Assembly (NCBI GenBank): GCA_009914755.4
Contig: CP086569.2
Span: forward strand, 11,168,001-11,232,000
Source: the human T2T-CHM13v2.0 reference genome, Homo sapiens
Direction: 5' to 3'
DNA: 64,000 nt
Part shown: piece by piece, positions 49,681-62,576 of the stretch
Position numbering within the stretch: the first letter of the stretch is position 1
How the letters are laid out: the number at the start of each line of letters is the position of its first letter
Program-made: the position numbers and the translations under genes
The notes under the pieces: model-generated
Told to the model about the DNA's origin: nothing
Databases searched by the model: none
Seen by the model: only the letters and a program-made list of their open reading frames with translations

Positions 49681-49765
49681 ATTTATTTTCGCAAGATCTC
49701 ACTCGGACACAGAGCCTGCAGTGTAGTTGCACAATCTCGGCTCATATTTCTTTTGACCATTCCAT
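49681..49765 (-). mobile_element. Alu 3'-end-derived spacer, subtype B
   Basis: B-type signature (variant, retains CpGs: CTCGGACACAGAGCC...AATCTCGGCTCA). Confidence 0.6.
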
Positions 49766-49935
49766 TGCATTCCATTCCATCTCATTCCATTACACTCCGT
49801 TTCACTCCTCTCCACTCCATTCCATTCCACTCCATCCCATTCCATTCGAATTCATTCCACTCCACTCCAATCCACTACTATCCAATCCACTACATTCCAT
49901 TAAATTCGCTTCCATTTCTCTCTATCGATTCCATT

Positions 49936-50035
49936 CCTTTCTTTCCACAAAATATCACTGTGTCACCCAGGCTGGAAGTGCAGTGGCACAATCTCAGCTC
50001 ACATAACGTGTCAACTTTCCATTGCATAGCATTCT
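49936..50035 (-). mobile_element. Alu 3'-end-derived spacer, subtype A
   Basis: A-type signature. Confidence 0.7.
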
Positions 50036-50661
50036 ATTCAATTGCATTCCATGGAATTCCATGGCATTCCATTCCATTGCATTCCATTCCATTCCATTTC
50101 ATCCCATTCCAATCCATTAGATTCCACTCCATTCCACTCAACTCCACTCCACTACACTACATTCCATTACATCTGATTCCATTCCACTCCATTGTAATCC
50201 TCTCCAATCCACTGCACTCCACTCCAATCCATTCCACTCTATCCCATTCCATTATGCTCCAATCCACTGCCCTCCACTCCACACCACTCCAATCCACTTC
50301 ATCCCATTCCATTCCATCCCATTCCATTCTTCTCCATTCCACTCCCCTCCACTCCACTCTGTTCCACTATATTCCTTTCCACTCCACTCCATTCCACGCC
50401 ACTCCATTTCACTCCACTGCACTCCACTGCATTCCACTCCACTGCACTCCACTCTACTCCTTTCCACTGCACTCCATTCTATCCCACCTCCACTCCACTC
50501 CATTCCACTTCACTTCAATCCACTCTGTTTGAATCCATTCTATTCCACTCCAATCGACTCCACTCCAATCCACTCCACTCCATTCCACTCCACTCCACTC
50601 CCTTCCACTCCACTCCACTCCACTCCACTCCACTTCCTTCCATTCCATTCCACTCCATTCC

Positions 50662-50745
50662 TTTCCTTTCTTTCCACAGGATCTCACTCTGTCACAAAGG
50701 CTGGAGTGCACTGGAACAATCTCAGCTCACATTTCTTTTCACAGT
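50662..50745 (-). mobile_element. Alu 3'-end-derived spacer, subtype B
   Basis: B-type signature. Confidence 0.7.
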
Positions 50746-50962
50746 TGTATCGCTTTCTATTCCATTCCATTCTATTTCACTTCATTCCACTCCACTCCAC
50801 TCCTCTTTACTCCAATCCACTACATTCCATTACACTCGATAAGATTCCATTCGACTCCATTCCACTCCACTCCTGTCCAGTCCACTCCACTGCACTCCAC
50901 TCCACTCCAATCCACTCCATACCACTCCATTCCATTTCATTTCACTCCATTGCATTCCATTC

Positions 50963-51060
50963 CTTTCTTTCAACAGGATATCACCGTGTCACACAGGATG
51001 GAGTGCAGTGTCACAATCTCAGCTCACTTTACATGTCAACTTTCCATTACATTGTATTCT
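50963..51060 (-). mobile_element. Alu 3'-end-derived spacer, subtype A
   Basis: A-type signature. Confidence 0.7.
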
Positions 51061-51693
51061 ATTCCATTGCATTCCATTGCATTCCATGGCATTCCTTTCC
51101 ATTCCATTCCATTCAATTCCATTCCATTCTACTCCGTTCCACTCCATTCCACTCCACTACACTACATTCTGTTACATCCGATTCCATTCCACTCCATTCC
51201 ACACCTCTCCACTCCACTGAACTCCAAGCCTACCCATTCCACTGCATCCCATTCCATTCTGCTATATTCCACTGTACTTCTGTCCACCCCACTCCACTCA
51301 ACTTCATTCCATTCAATTCCATCCTATTCCATTCTTCACCATTCTACTCCACTCCACTCCTTTCCATTCCACTCCAGTCCTTTCCACTCCACTCCATTCC
51401 ACTCGACTCAATTCCACTCCACACCACTCCACTCTAATCCATTCCAATCCACTCCATTCAAATCCACTCCGCTCCACTCCATTCCACCCTCCTGCATTCC
51501 AATCCAACCCACTCCACTCCATTCCCCTCTGCTCCACTCCCTTCCACTCCTCTCCACTCCACTCCCTTGCAGTCCTCTACACTCTGTTGCACTCTACTCC
51601 AATCCACTACCCTTCTGTCCACTCCACTCCACTCCATTATATTCCACCCCACTCCACTCCATTCCATTCCATTAAACTCCATTCCCTTCCATT

Positions 51694-51775
51694 CCTTTCT
51701 TTCCACCGGATCTCTCTCTGTCACAAAGGCTGTAGTGCAGTGGCACAATCTCAGCTCATATTTCTTTATACCATT
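51694..51775 (-). mobile_element. Alu 3'-end-derived spacer, subtype B
   Basis: B-type signature. Confidence 0.7.
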
Positions 51776-51895
51776 CCATTGCATTCCATTCCATCCCATT
51801 CCATTCCACTCTCTTTCACTCCACTCCACTGTACTCTATCCCATTTAACTCCATCCCATTCCATTCGAATCCATTCCACTACAATCCACTCCACT

Positions 51896-51955
51896 CCATT
51901 CCATTCCATTCCATTCCATTCCATTCCATTCCATTCCATTCCATTCCATTCCATT
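51896..51955 (+). repeat. Perfect (CCATT)12 run
   Basis: read directly. Confidence 0.9.
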
Positions 51956-51970
51956 GCACTTTATTGCATT

Positions 51971-52075
51971 CCTTTCCTTTCTTTCGACAGGATATCACTG
52001 TTTCACTCAGGTTGGAGTACAGTGGCACATTCTCAGTTCACATTAGATGTGAACTTTCCATTTCATTGCATTCTG
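51971..52075 (-). mobile_element. Alu 3'-end-derived spacer, subtype A
   Basis: A-type signature. Confidence 0.7.
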
Positions 52076-52402
52076 TTCAATTGCATTCCAATGCATTCCA
52101 TTCCATTCCATTCCATTCCACTCCTTTCCACTCCACTCCACTGAGGTACGTTCCATTGCATCCGAGTCCATTTCACTCCATTCCAATCCTCTCCACTCCA
52201 CTACACTCCATTCCACTCCATCCCATTCCATTCAGCTCCATTCTACTGCACTCCAATCCAACCCATTCCACTCCATTTCATTCCATTCCATTCCATCCCA
52301 TTCCATTCCTCGCCATTCCTCGCCATTCCACTCCAGTCCACTCCACTCCACTCCAGTTCACTCCATTTCATTGCATTCCATTCCATTCCATTCCATTGCA
52401 TT

Positions 52403-52485
52403 CCTTTCTTTCGAGAGTATCTCACTCTGTTACCAAGCCTAGAGCACAGTGGCACAATCTCAGCTCGCATTTCATTTCACCATTC
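52403..52485 (-). mobile_element. Alu 3'-end-derived spacer, subtype C3
   Basis: C3-type signature. Confidence 0.65.
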
Positions 52486-52899
52486 CTTTCTGTTCCATTC
52501 CATTCCATTCCATTCCATTCCATTCCATTCCATTCCAATACATTCCATTCCATTCCACCCCATTCCATTCCATTCCATTCTATTTCATTCAATTCCATTA
52601 CATTTGACTCCTTTCCATTCCACTCCACTCCACTCAACTACATTCCATTTCAATCCATTCCACTCCTCTCCAATCCACTCCACTCCACTTTACTCCATTA
52701 CACTCCATCCCATTCCATTCGTCTCCATTCAACTGCACTCCACTCCACCCCAATCCACTCCACTTCATTCCATTCCATCCCCTTCCATTCCTCTCTATTC
52801 CAATCCAATACACTTCACTCCACTCCACTCCACTCCAGTCCACTCCATTTCATTGTTTTCCATTCCATTCCATTCCATTCCACTCCATTCCATTCCATT

Positions 52900-52985
52900 C
52901 CTTTCTTTCTAGAGTATCTCACTCTTTTACCAAGCCTAGAGCCCAATGGCACAATCTCAGCTCACATTCCATTTCTCCATTCCAT
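52900..52985 (-). mobile_element. Alu 3'-end-derived spacer, subtype C3
   Basis: C3-type signature (diverged). Confidence 0.55.
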
Positions 52986-53251
52986 TCCATTCCATTCCAC
53001 GCCATTCCAGTTCACTCCTTTCCATTCCCTTCCATCCCTTTCCATTCCACTACTTTCCACTTCTTTCCAGTCCACTCCACTCCACTCTACTCCACTCCAC
53101 TCCATTCTACTCCACTCAATTCCACTTCGCTCAACTCCACTCCACTAAATTCCACTCCACTCCATTCCATTCCATTCCATTCCTTTCCATTCGATTCCAT
53201 TCCATTCCATTCCTTTCCATTCCATCCTTTTCACTCCATTGCATTCCTTTC

Positions 53252-53350
53252 CTTTCTTTTGACAGGATATCACTGTGTCACTCAGGCTTGAGTGCAGTGG
53301 CACAAACTCGGCTCCCACTACATATCATCTTTCCATAGCATTGCATTCTA
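53252..53350 (-). mobile_element. Alu 3'-end-derived spacer, subtype A
   Basis: A-type signature (variant). Confidence 0.65.
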
Positions 53351-53726
53351 TTCAAATGCATTCCATTCCATTCCATTGCATGCCATTCCATTCCATTCCA
53401 TTTAATTAAATTCCATTCCATTCCTTTCCCCTCCACTCCACTCCACTCCACTACATTTCATTACATCGGATTCCGTTCGATTCCATTCCACTCCTCTCCA
53501 CTCCACTTCTCGCCACTCCACTCCATTCCACTCCATCCCATTCCATTCTGCTCCATTCCTCTGCACTCCACTCCACCCCACTACACTCCAATTCATTCCA
53601 TTCCATTCTATCACATTCCTTTCCTCTCCATTCCACTGTACTCCGCTTCACTCCATTCCACTCCACTGCATTCCACTCCATTCCATTCCATTCCATCCCA
53701 TTCCATTTCACTCCATTGCACTCCAT

Positions 53727-53805
53727 TCCTTTCTTTCATCAGGATATCACTGTTACCCAGGCTTGAGTGAAGTGGCACTATCTCAGCTCACATTTCTTTT
53801 CACCA
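53727..53805 (-). mobile_element. Alu 3'-end-derived spacer, A/B hybrid (A-type head, B-type tail, small internal deletion)
   Basis: AGGATATCACTGTTACCCAGGCTTGAGTGAAGTGGCACTATCTCAGCTCACATTTCTTTTCACC. Confidence 0.55.
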
Positions 53806-54047
53806 TTCCATTCCATTCCTTTCCATTCTGTTCCATTCAATTCCATTCCATTCCACTCCTTTCCACTCCACTCCACTACATTCCATTACACTCCATTCCA
53901 CTCCTCTCCACTCCACTCTACTCCACTCCACTTCATTCCACTCCATCCCACTCCATTCGGCTCCATTTCACTGCACTCCTCTCCACTCCAATCCATGCCA
54001 TTTCATTCCATTCCATCCCATTCCATTTCACTACCTTACAATCCATT

Positions 54048-54145
54048 CCTTTCTTTCAAAAGGATATCATTGTGTCAGCCAGGCTTAAGTGCAGTGGCAC
54101 AATCTCAGCTCACACTATATATCAACTTTACATTGCCTTGCATTC
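54048..54145 (-). mobile_element. Alu 3'-end-derived spacer, subtype A
   Basis: A-type signature (variant). Confidence 0.65.
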
Positions 54146-54530
54146 TATTCCATTGCATTCCATTCCAATCAATTGTATTCCATTCCATTCCATTTCATTC
54201 CATTGCATTCCATTCCATTCCATTCCATTCCATTAAATTCAATTAAGTTCCATTCCATTCCGTTCCACTCCACTCCTCTCCACTACATGTCATTTCTTCT
54301 GATTCCATTCCACTCCTCTCCACTCCACTGCACACCACTCCACTCCATTCCACTCCATCTCATTCCATTCCACTCCATTCCATTGCACTCCACACCACCC
54401 CACTCCACTCCAATTCATTCCATTCCATTCCATCCCATTCCAATCCTCTCCATTCCTCTCTACTCCACTTCATTCTATTCCACTCCACTGCAGTCCACTC
54501 CATTCCATTCCATTGCATTGCATTCCATTC

Positions 54531-54610
54531 CCTTCTTTCGAGGGTATCTCATTCTGTCACCCAGCCTGGAGTGTAGTGGCACAAACTCAGTTTACATTTC
54601 ATTACCATTC
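54531..54610 (-). mobile_element. Alu 3'-end-derived spacer, subtype C3
   Basis: C3-type signature. Confidence 0.65.
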
Positions 54611-54840
54611 CATTTTACTTCTTTCCATTCCATTCCATTCGATTCCATTCCATTCCATTCCATTCCATTCCATTCCATTCCATTCCATTCCTTTCCGTTC
54701 CATTCCATTCCTTTCCATTCCGTTCCACTGCACTCCAATCCACTCCACTCAATTCCACTACACTCCACCACAATCCATTCCATTCCATTCCATTCCATTC
54801 CATTCCATTCCATTCCATTTGAATCCCTTCCATTCCACTC

Positions 54841-54925
54841 CTGTCTTTCGACAGAATCTTCCTCTGTCACACAGGCTGTTGTGTAAAGGCACAATCTCAG
54901 CACACATTTCTTTTCACCATTCAAT
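54841..54925 (-). mobile_element. Alu 3'-end-derived spacer, subtype D
   Basis: D-type signature. Confidence 0.65.
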
Positions 54926-55045
54926 TTCGTTTCATTCTGTTCCATTCCGTTCCGTTCCATTCCGTTCCACTCCACTCCACTCAACTCCATTCCACTCCAC
55001 TCCACTCCACTCCAGCCCATTCAGTTTCACTCCATTGCATTCCAT

Positions 55046-55145
55046 TCCTTTCTTTGGACAGGATATCACTGTGTCCCCCAGGCTGGAGTGCAGTGGCACA
55101 ATCTGAGCTCACATTAAATGCCAACTTTCCATTGCATTGCGTTCT
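55046..55145 (-). mobile_element. Alu 3'-end-derived spacer, subtype A
   Basis: A-type signature. Confidence 0.7.
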
Positions 55146-55965
55146 ATTCCATTGCATTGCATTGCATTCCATTCCATTCCATTCCATTCCATTCCATTCC
55201 ATTCCATTCCATTCCATTCCATTCCACTCCATTCCATTCCAATCCCTTCCATTCCACTCTCCTCCACTCTAATCCACTAAATTCCATTTCATCCGCCTCC
55301 CTTCCACTCCTTTCCAGTCCTCTCCACTCCACTGCACTCCTCTCCAATATATTCCACTCCATCCTATTTAATTCTGCTCCATTCCACTGCACTCCACTCC
55401 ACCCCACTCCACTCCACCTCATTCCATTCCATTCTTTCCAATCCCATTCCTCTCCATTCCACTCCACTCCACTTCATTTCACTCCATTCCCCTCCAGTCC
55501 ACTTCATTCCATTCCATTCCATCCTATTCCACTCCACCCCACTCCACTCCATTTCATTGCATTCCCTTCAATCCCATTCCTTTCGTCTCCATTCCACTCC
55601 ACTTCACTCCCCTCTAGTCCAATCCACTCCACTCCACTCCATTCCGTTACATTTCATTCCATTCCATTCCATTCCTCTCCGTTCCACTACACTAAACTCC
55701 GCTGCACAACATTCCATTACATTCGATTTCATTCCACTACATTCCACTCCTCTCACCTCCTCTGCACTCCATGCCACTGCATTCCACTTCATCCTTTCCC
55801 ATTCCGCTCCATTTCACGGCACTCCCCTCCACCCGACTCCACTCCACTTCATTCCATTCCATTCCTTCCCATTCCATTCCACTCCTTTCTACTCCACAAC
55901 TTTACTCCAGTCCACACTAGTCCACTCCATTCGATTCCGTTCCGATGCACTGCATTCTGTTACAT

Positions 55966-56050
55966 TCCTTTCTTTCAAGAATATCTCACTTTGTCACCCA
56001 GCCAGGAGTGCAGTAGCACAATCTCAGCTAGCATTTCATTTCACCATTCC
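55966..56050 (-). mobile_element. Alu 3'-end-derived spacer, subtype C3
   Basis: C3-type signature. Confidence 0.65.
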
Positions 56051-56226
56051 ATTCCTTTCCATTCCACTCCATCAACTCCACTCCACTCCACTCCAATTAA
56101 TTCCACTCCACTCCATTCCAGTCCACTACACTTCTTTCCATTCCATCCCATTCCATTGCATTCCTTTCCACTCCACTCCAGTCCACTCCATTCCACTCCA
56201 TTCCATTATACTCCATTCAATTCCAT

Positions 56227-56310
56227 TCCTTTCTTTTGACAGGATCTCACTCTGTCACCCAGGCTCGTGTGCAGTGGCACAATCTCAGCTCACATTACAT
56301 TTCACCATTC
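56227..56310 (-). mobile_element. Alu 3'-end-derived spacer, subtype C1
   Basis: C1-type signature (retains one CpG: GGCTCGTGTGCAG). Confidence 0.7.
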
Positions 56311-56413
56311 CATTCCATTACATTCCACTGCACTCCACTCCACTCAATTCCACTCCACTACACTCCAATCCATTCCATTCCATTCTGTTCCATTCCATTA
56401 CTTTCCATTTCAT

Positions 56414-56495
56414 TTCTTTCTTTTCACAGTATGTCCCTCTGTCACACAGGCTGTAGCATAGTGGCAGAGTCTCAGCACACATTTCTTTTCACCAT
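56414..56495 (-). mobile_element. Alu 3'-end-derived spacer, subtype D
   Basis: D-type signature. Confidence 0.65.
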
Positions 56496-56591
56496 TCCAT
56501 TCCATTTCATTCTGCTCTATTCCACTGCACTCCACTGCACCCCACTCCACTCCACCCCATTCCCTTCCATTCCACGCCATTCAATTCCATT

Positions 56592-56675
56592 CCTTTTTTT
56601 CCACAGGATCTCACTCTGTCACAAAGCCTGGAGTGCATTGGCACAATCTCAGCTCACATTTCTTTTCACCATTCC
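56592..56675 (-). mobile_element. Alu 3'-end-derived spacer, subtype B
   Basis: B-type signature. Confidence 0.7.
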
Positions 56676-56887
56676 ACTCCATTCCATTCCATTCCATTCC
56701 ATTCCATTCCATTATATTCGCCTCTATTTCACTCCACTCCACTCCACTCCACTCCATTCCATTTCACTCCGTTCCATTCCATTCGACTCCATTCCACTGC
56801 ACTCCACTGCACTGCACTCCATTCCACTCCACTCCACTCCATTCCATTCCTTTCCATTACATTTCATTTCACTCCATTGCATTTCAT

Positions 56888-56985
56888 TCTTTTCTTTTGA
56901 CAGGATATCACTGTGTCCCCCAGGCTGGAGTACAGTGGCACAATCTCAGCTAACATTACATATCAGCTTTCCATTGCCTTGCATT
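56888..56985 (-). mobile_element. Alu 3'-end-derived spacer, subtype A
   Basis: A-type signature, followed by (GCATT)6. Confidence 0.7.
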
Positions 56986-57030
56986 CTATTACACTGCATT
57001 GCATTGCATTGCATTGCATTCCATTCCATT
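56985..57030 (+). repeat. (GCATT)6 micro-array following an A-type spacer
   Basis: CATTGCATTGCATTGCATTGCATTGCATTCC. Confidence 0.85.
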
Positions 57031-57070
57031 CCATTCCATTCCATTCCATTCCACTGCATTCCATTCCATT

Positions 57071-57155
57071 CCTTTCTTTCGAGATTATCTCACTCTGTCA
57101 CCCAGCCTGGAGCGCAGAGGCCCAATCTCTGCTCACATTTCATTTCACCATTCAA
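57071..57155 (-). mobile_element. Alu 3'-end-derived spacer, subtype C3
   Basis: C3-type signature. Confidence 0.65.
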
Positions 57156-57342
57156 TTCCATACCATTCCATTCCATTCCTCTCCACTCCACTCCACTCCA
57201 CTCCAGTCCATTCTACTCCACTCCACTCCATTCCAGGCCACTCCCCTCCTTTCCATTCAATCCCAATCCATTCCACTCCTTTCCACTCCACTACACTGCA
57301 CTGCACTGCATTCAATTCCATTCCACTCCATTCCATTCTATT

Positions 57343-57425
57343 CCTTTCTTTTGACAGGATCTCACTCTGTCACTCAGGCTGTTGTGGAGTGGCATCATCT
57401 CAGCTCACATTTCATTTTACCATTC
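57343..57425 (-). mobile_element. Alu 3'-end-derived spacer, subtype C1
   Basis: C1-type signature. Confidence 0.65.
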
Positions 57426-57540
57426 CATTCCATTCCATTGCGTTCCATTCCACTGCACTCCAATCCACTCCACTGAATTCCACTCCATTCCACCAAAATT
57501 AATTCCATTTCATGGAATTCCAATCCCTTCCATTCCACTC

Positions 57541-57620
57541 CTTTCTTTCGACAGGATCTTCCTCTGTCACACAGGCTGTAGCATAGAGGCACCATCTCAG
57601 CACACATTTCTTTTCTCCAT
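57541..57620 (-). mobile_element. Alu 3'-end-derived spacer, subtype D
   Basis: D-type signature. Confidence 0.65.
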
Positions 57621-57696
57621 TCCATTCCGTTTCATTCTGTTCCATTCTGTTCCATTCCATTCCGTTCCACTCCACTCAACTCCATTCCACTCCACT

Positions 57697-57745
57697 CCAC
57701 TCCACTCCACTCCACTCCACTCCACTCCACTCCATTCCACTCCAC
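57697..57745 (+). repeat. (ACTCC)9 run
   Basis: read directly. Confidence 0.85.
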
Positions 57746-57782
57746 TCCTTTGCATTCCGTTTCACTCCATTGCATTCCATTC

Positions 57783-57880
57783 CTTTCTTAGGACAGGATA
57801 TCACTGTGTCACCCAGGCTGGAGTGCAGTGGCACAACCTCAACTCACATGAAATGTCAACTTTTCATTGCATTGCATTAT
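57783..57880 (-). mobile_element. Alu 3'-end-derived spacer, subtype A
   Basis: A-type signature. Confidence 0.7.
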
Positions 57881-58355
57881 ATTCCATTCCATTCCATTCC
57901 ATTCCATTCAACTCCATTCCATTCCACTCCATTCCTTTCCACTCCACTCCACTCCAATCTACTACATTCCATTTCATCCAACTCCCTTCCACTCCATTCC
58001 ACTCCTCTCCATTCCACTGCACTCCCCTCGAATATATTACACTCAATCCTATTTAATTCCACTCCATTCCACTGCACTCCACTCCACTACACTTCATTCC
58101 ATTCCATTCTTTCCCATTCCATTCCTCTCCATTTCTCTCCACTCAACTTCACTCCACACCACTCCAGTCCACTTCATTCCATTCCATTCCATCCTATTCC
58201 AATCTACCCCACTCCACTTCATTTCATTGCATTCCCTTCGATCCCATTCCTTTCCTCTCCATTCCACTCCACTTCACTCCCCTATACTCCACTCCACTAC
58301 ATTCTACCCTAATCCCCTCCACTCCACTCCAAGCCACTCCACTCCATTCCATGCC

Positions 58356-58420
58356 ATTCCATTCCATTCCATTCCATTCCATTCCATTCCATTCCATTCC
58401 ATTCCATTCCATTCCATTCC
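58356..58420 (+). repeat. Perfect (ATTCC)13 run
   Basis: read directly. It abuts the B spacer at 58419. Confidence 0.9.
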
Positions 58421-58500
58421 TTTCTTTCCACCGGATCTCACTCTGTCAAAAAGGCTGGAGTTCAGTGGTATAATCTCAGCTCACATTTCTTTTCACCATT
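58419..58500 (-). mobile_element. Alu 3'-end-derived spacer, subtype B
   Basis: B-type signature. Confidence 0.65.
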
Positions 58501-58610
58501 CCATTGCTTTCCATTCCATCACGTTCCATTTTACTCTATTTCACTCCACTCCACTCCATTCCACCCTATTCCATTCCTTTCCATTCGATTTCACACCATT
58601 GCATTCCATT

Positions 58611-58710
58611 CCTTTGTTTCAAAGGGATATCACGGTGTCACCCAGACTGGAGTGCAGTGGCAGAATCTCAGGTCAAATTACATGTGAACTTTCCATTGAA
58701 TTGAATTCTA
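58611..58710 (-). mobile_element. Alu 3'-end-derived spacer, subtype A
   Basis: A-type signature (variant). Confidence 0.65.
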
Positions 58711-59017
58711 TTACATTGCATTCCATTCCATTCCATTCCATTCCAGTGCATTCCATTCCATTCCATTCCATTCCTTTTAATTCAATTCCATTCCTTTCCA
58801 ATCCGTTCCACTCCACTCCAATCCACCCCACTACATTCTATTACATGTGATTCCATTCCACTCCATTCCACTCCTCTCCACTCCACAGCATTCCACTCCA
58901 CTCCATTCCACTACATTCCATTCCATTCCACTCCATTCCACAGCAATCCTCTCCACCCCACTCCACTCCACTTCATTCCATTTCATCCCATTACATTCCA
59001 ATCCCTTCCATTCCACT

Positions 59018-59100
59018 CCTTTCTTTCAACAGGAACTCTCTCTGTCACACAGGCTGTAGCATAGTGGTACAATCTCAACACACATTTCTTTTCACCATTC
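59018..59100 (-). mobile_element. Alu 3'-end-derived spacer, subtype D
   Basis: D-type signature. Confidence 0.65.
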
Positions 59101-59527
59101 CATTCCATTCCATTTCATTCCACTCCATTCCATTCCATTCCATTCTATATCGTTCCATTCCATCCACTCTACTCCACTACACCCCAGTCCATTCTGCTCC
59201 ACTCCACTCCGTTCCCCTCCATTCCGTTCCATTTCATCCACGCTACTCCACTCATTCCACTCCACTCCACTCCAATGCATTCCACTCAACTCCATCCCAC
59301 TTTGCTACACTCCACTTCATTTCATTCCATTCCATTCTGTCCCATGCCATTCCTCTCCTTTCCACTCCACTCCGCTCCTCTCCATTCCATTCCACTCCAC
59401 TCCACTCCATTCCATTCCACTGCATTCCACTCCACGCCACTCCATTCCACTCCACTCCATTCCACTCCCCTCCACTCCACTCCACTTCACTCCACTCCAT
59501 TCCATTCCACTCCACTCCATTCAATTC

Positions 59528-59610
59528 CTTTTTTTTCCACAGGATCTCACTCTGTCACAAATACTGGAGTGCAGTGGCAGAATCTCAGTGCACATTTCTT
59601 TTCACCATTC
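59528..59610 (-). mobile_element. Alu 3'-end-derived spacer, subtype B
   Basis: B-type signature. Confidence 0.7.
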
Positions 59611-59790
59611 TATTGCATTCCTTTAAAACCCATTCCATTCCACTCTATTTCAGTCCATTCCACTCCAGTACACTCCATTACATTCCACTCCATCCCTTTC
59701 CATTAGAATCCATTCCACTCCCCTCCACTCCACTCCACTCCATTGCTTTCCGTTCCATTCCATTTCATTTCACTCCATTGCATTCCAATC

Positions 59791-59885
59791 CTTTCTTTCA
59801 ACATGCTGTCACTGTTTCACCCAGTCTGGAGTGCAGTGGCACAATCTCAGCTCACATTACATGTCAACTTACCTTTGCATTACAT
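59791..59885 (-). mobile_element. Alu 3'-end-derived spacer, subtype A
   Basis: A-type signature. Confidence 0.7.
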
Positions 59886-60225
59886 TCTATTCCATTGCAT
59901 TCCACTGCATTCCTTTCCATTCCATTCCATTTCACTCCATTCAACTCCACTCCACTCCAGTCCATTACATTCCATTACATCAGATTCCGTTGCACTCCGT
60001 TCCACTCCTCTCCACTCCACTGCACTCCACTCCATTCCATTCCATTCCATTCCATTTCCTTCCACTCCATTCAACTTCACTCCACCCCACCCCACTCCAA
60101 TTGATTCCATTCCATTCTGTCCCGTTCCAATCCTCTCCATTCCACTCCACTCCACTTCACTCCACTCCTCTCCAGTCCACTCCATTTAATTCCATCCCCT
60201 GGGATTCCATCAGATTCCTTTCTTT

Positions 60226-60305
60226 CGAGGGTATCTCACTCTTTCAACCACCCTGGAGCGATGTGGCACAATCTCAGCTCACATTTCATTTCACCATTCT
60301 ATTCC
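60226..60305 (-). mobile_element. Alu 3'-end-derived spacer, subtype C3
   Basis: C3-type signature (diverged). Confidence 0.55.
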
Positions 60306-60464
60306 ATTACATTACATTCTATTCTGTTCCACTCCACTCCACTCCATTTCACTCCACTCAACTCAACTCCACTCCACTCCATTACACTACACTACACTCC
60401 ATTCCACTCCACTGCACTGCACTCCACTCCATTCCATTCCATTTCACTCCATTGCATTCCATTC

Positions 60465-60565
60465 CTTTCTTTAGACAGGATATCACTGTGTCACCGAGGC
60501 TGGAGTGCAGTGGCACAATCTCAGCTCACATTACATGTCAACTTTCCTTTCCATTGCGTTCTAGT
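60465..60565 (-). mobile_element. Alu 3'-end-derived spacer, subtype A
   Basis: A-type signature. Confidence 0.75.
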
Positions 60566-61005
60566 CCAATGCATTCCATTCCATTCCATTCCATTCCACT
60601 CCGTTCCATTCCACTCCACTCCACTCCAATCCACTACATTCCATTTCATCCAACTCTCTTCCACTCCATTCCACTCCTCTCCACTCCAGTGCGCTCCACT
60701 CCAATATATTCAACTCCATCCTATTTAATTCTGCTCCATTCCACTTCACTCCATTCCACCCCACTCCACTCTACTTCATTCCATTCCATTCCTCTCCATT
60801 CCACTCCACTCCACTTCACTCCACTCCACATCAGTCCACTTCATTCCATTCCATTCCATCCCATTGCACTCCAACCCACTCTACTCCTCTTCAATGCATC
60901 ACCTTCCATCCCATTTCTTTCCTCTCCATTCCACTCCAGTTCAATCCACTCTACTCCACTCCACTCTACTTCCCTCCTCTCCACTCCACTCCATTCCATT
61001 CCATT

Positions 61006-61090
61006 CCTTTTTTTTCACATGACCCCGCTCTGTCAAAAAGGCTGTAGTTCAGTAGTACAATCCCATCTCACATTTCTTTTCACCATTCCA
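61006..61090 (-). mobile_element. Alu 3'-end-derived spacer, subtype B (diverged)
   Basis: TTTTTTTTCACATGACCCCGCTCTGTCAAAAAGGCTGTAGTTCAGTAGTACAATCCCATCTCACATTTCTTTTCACC. Confidence 0.55.
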
Positions 61091-61502
61091 TTGCTTTCCA
61101 TTCCATCCCATTCCATTCCACTCTATTTCACTACATTCCAATCCATTTCATTCCACTCCATCCCACATCTTTCAACTCCACTCCACTTAATTCCATTCCA
61201 TTCCATCACATTCCATTCCACTACACTCCCTTCCACTCCCCTCCACTCCCCTCCACTCCCCTCCACTCCACTCTATTCCACTCCGATCCACTCCACTCCA
61301 GTCCACTCCATTCAATTCCATTTCAGTCCACTCCTCTCTACTCCATTCCACTCCACTCCATTCCACTCCACTGAATTCCCCTCCACTCCACTCCATTCTA
61401 CTCCATTCCACTTCATTCTATTCCACTCCACTCCACTCCAATCCACTCCTTTCCACTCCATTCCACTCCACTCCATTCCATGCCACTCCACTCCATTCCA
61501 TT

Positions 61503-61580
61503 CCTTTCTTTCCACAGGATCTCACTCTGTCACAAATGCTGGAGTGCAGTGGCACCATCTCAGCACATTTCTTTTCACCA
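61503..61580 (-). mobile_element. Alu 3'-end-derived spacer, subtype B
   Basis: B-type signature. Confidence 0.7.
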
Positions 61581-61756
61581 TTCTGTTGTATTCCTTTCCA
61601 TCCCATTCCATTCCACTCTGTTTCACTCCATTCCACTCCACTCCACTCCATTCGGTTCCACCCCATACCTTTCCTTTCGACTCCATTCCACTCCACTCCA
61701 CTCCACTCCATTGCATTCCATTCGTTTCCATTCCATTTCACTCCATTGCATTCCAT

Positions 61757-61855
61757 TCCTTTCTTTCGACTAGCTATCACTGTGTCACCCAGGCTGGAGT
61801 GCAGTGGCACAATCTCAGCTCACATTACATGTCAACTTTCCATTGCATTGCATTC
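61757..61855 (-). mobile_element. Alu 3'-end-derived spacer, subtype A
   Basis: A-type signature (near-consensus). Confidence 0.75.
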
Positions 61856-62258
61856 TCTTCCGTTGCCTTCCACTACATTGCATTCCATTCCAGTCAATTC
61901 CATTCTATTCCACTCCATTCCACTCCACTGCACTACACTGCAGTACATTCCATTCCATTCATTCCATTCTACTCCATTCCACTCCACTGCACTCCACTCC
62001 ACTACATTCCATTACATCTGATTGCGTTCCACTCCATTCCACTCCTGTCCACTCCACTGCACACCACTCCCCTTTGTTCCATTCCATTCCGCACCATTCA
62101 AGTGCAGTCCACTCCACCCCACTCCATTCCACTTCATTCCATTCCAATCCATTCAGTCCCATTCCATTCCTCTCCATTCCACTCCACTCCATTTCACTCT
62201 CCTCCACTATTCTTCAGTCCACTCCATTCCATTTCATTCCACGGCATTCCATTCCATT

Positions 62259-62340
62259 CCTTTCTTTCTAGGGTATCTCACTCTATCAACCAGCCTGGAG
62301 CACTGTGGCACAATCTCAGCTCACATTTCGTTTCACCATT
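62259..62340 (-). mobile_element. Alu 3'-end-derived spacer, subtype C3
   Basis: C3-type signature. Confidence 0.65.
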
Positions 62341-62576
62341 CCATTCCATTCCACTCCTCTCCACTCTATTCCACACTTCTCCACTTCATTCCATTTCATC
62401 CCATTCCATTCCTCTCCATTCCACTATAGTCCACTTCACTCCACTCCACTAAAATCCACTCCAATCCATTCCATACCATTCCATTCCACTGCACTCCATT
62501 CTACTCCACTCAATTCCTCTCCGCTCCACTCCAATCTATTTCATTCCATTCCATTTCAATCCCTTCTATTCCACTC

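Noticed and set aside
50045-50062. CCATGGAATTCCATGG 16-bp perfect palindrome
   Set aside because: It is a by-product of adjacent CCATG/CCATT pentamer variants. It is isolated and too short to call a structural element.
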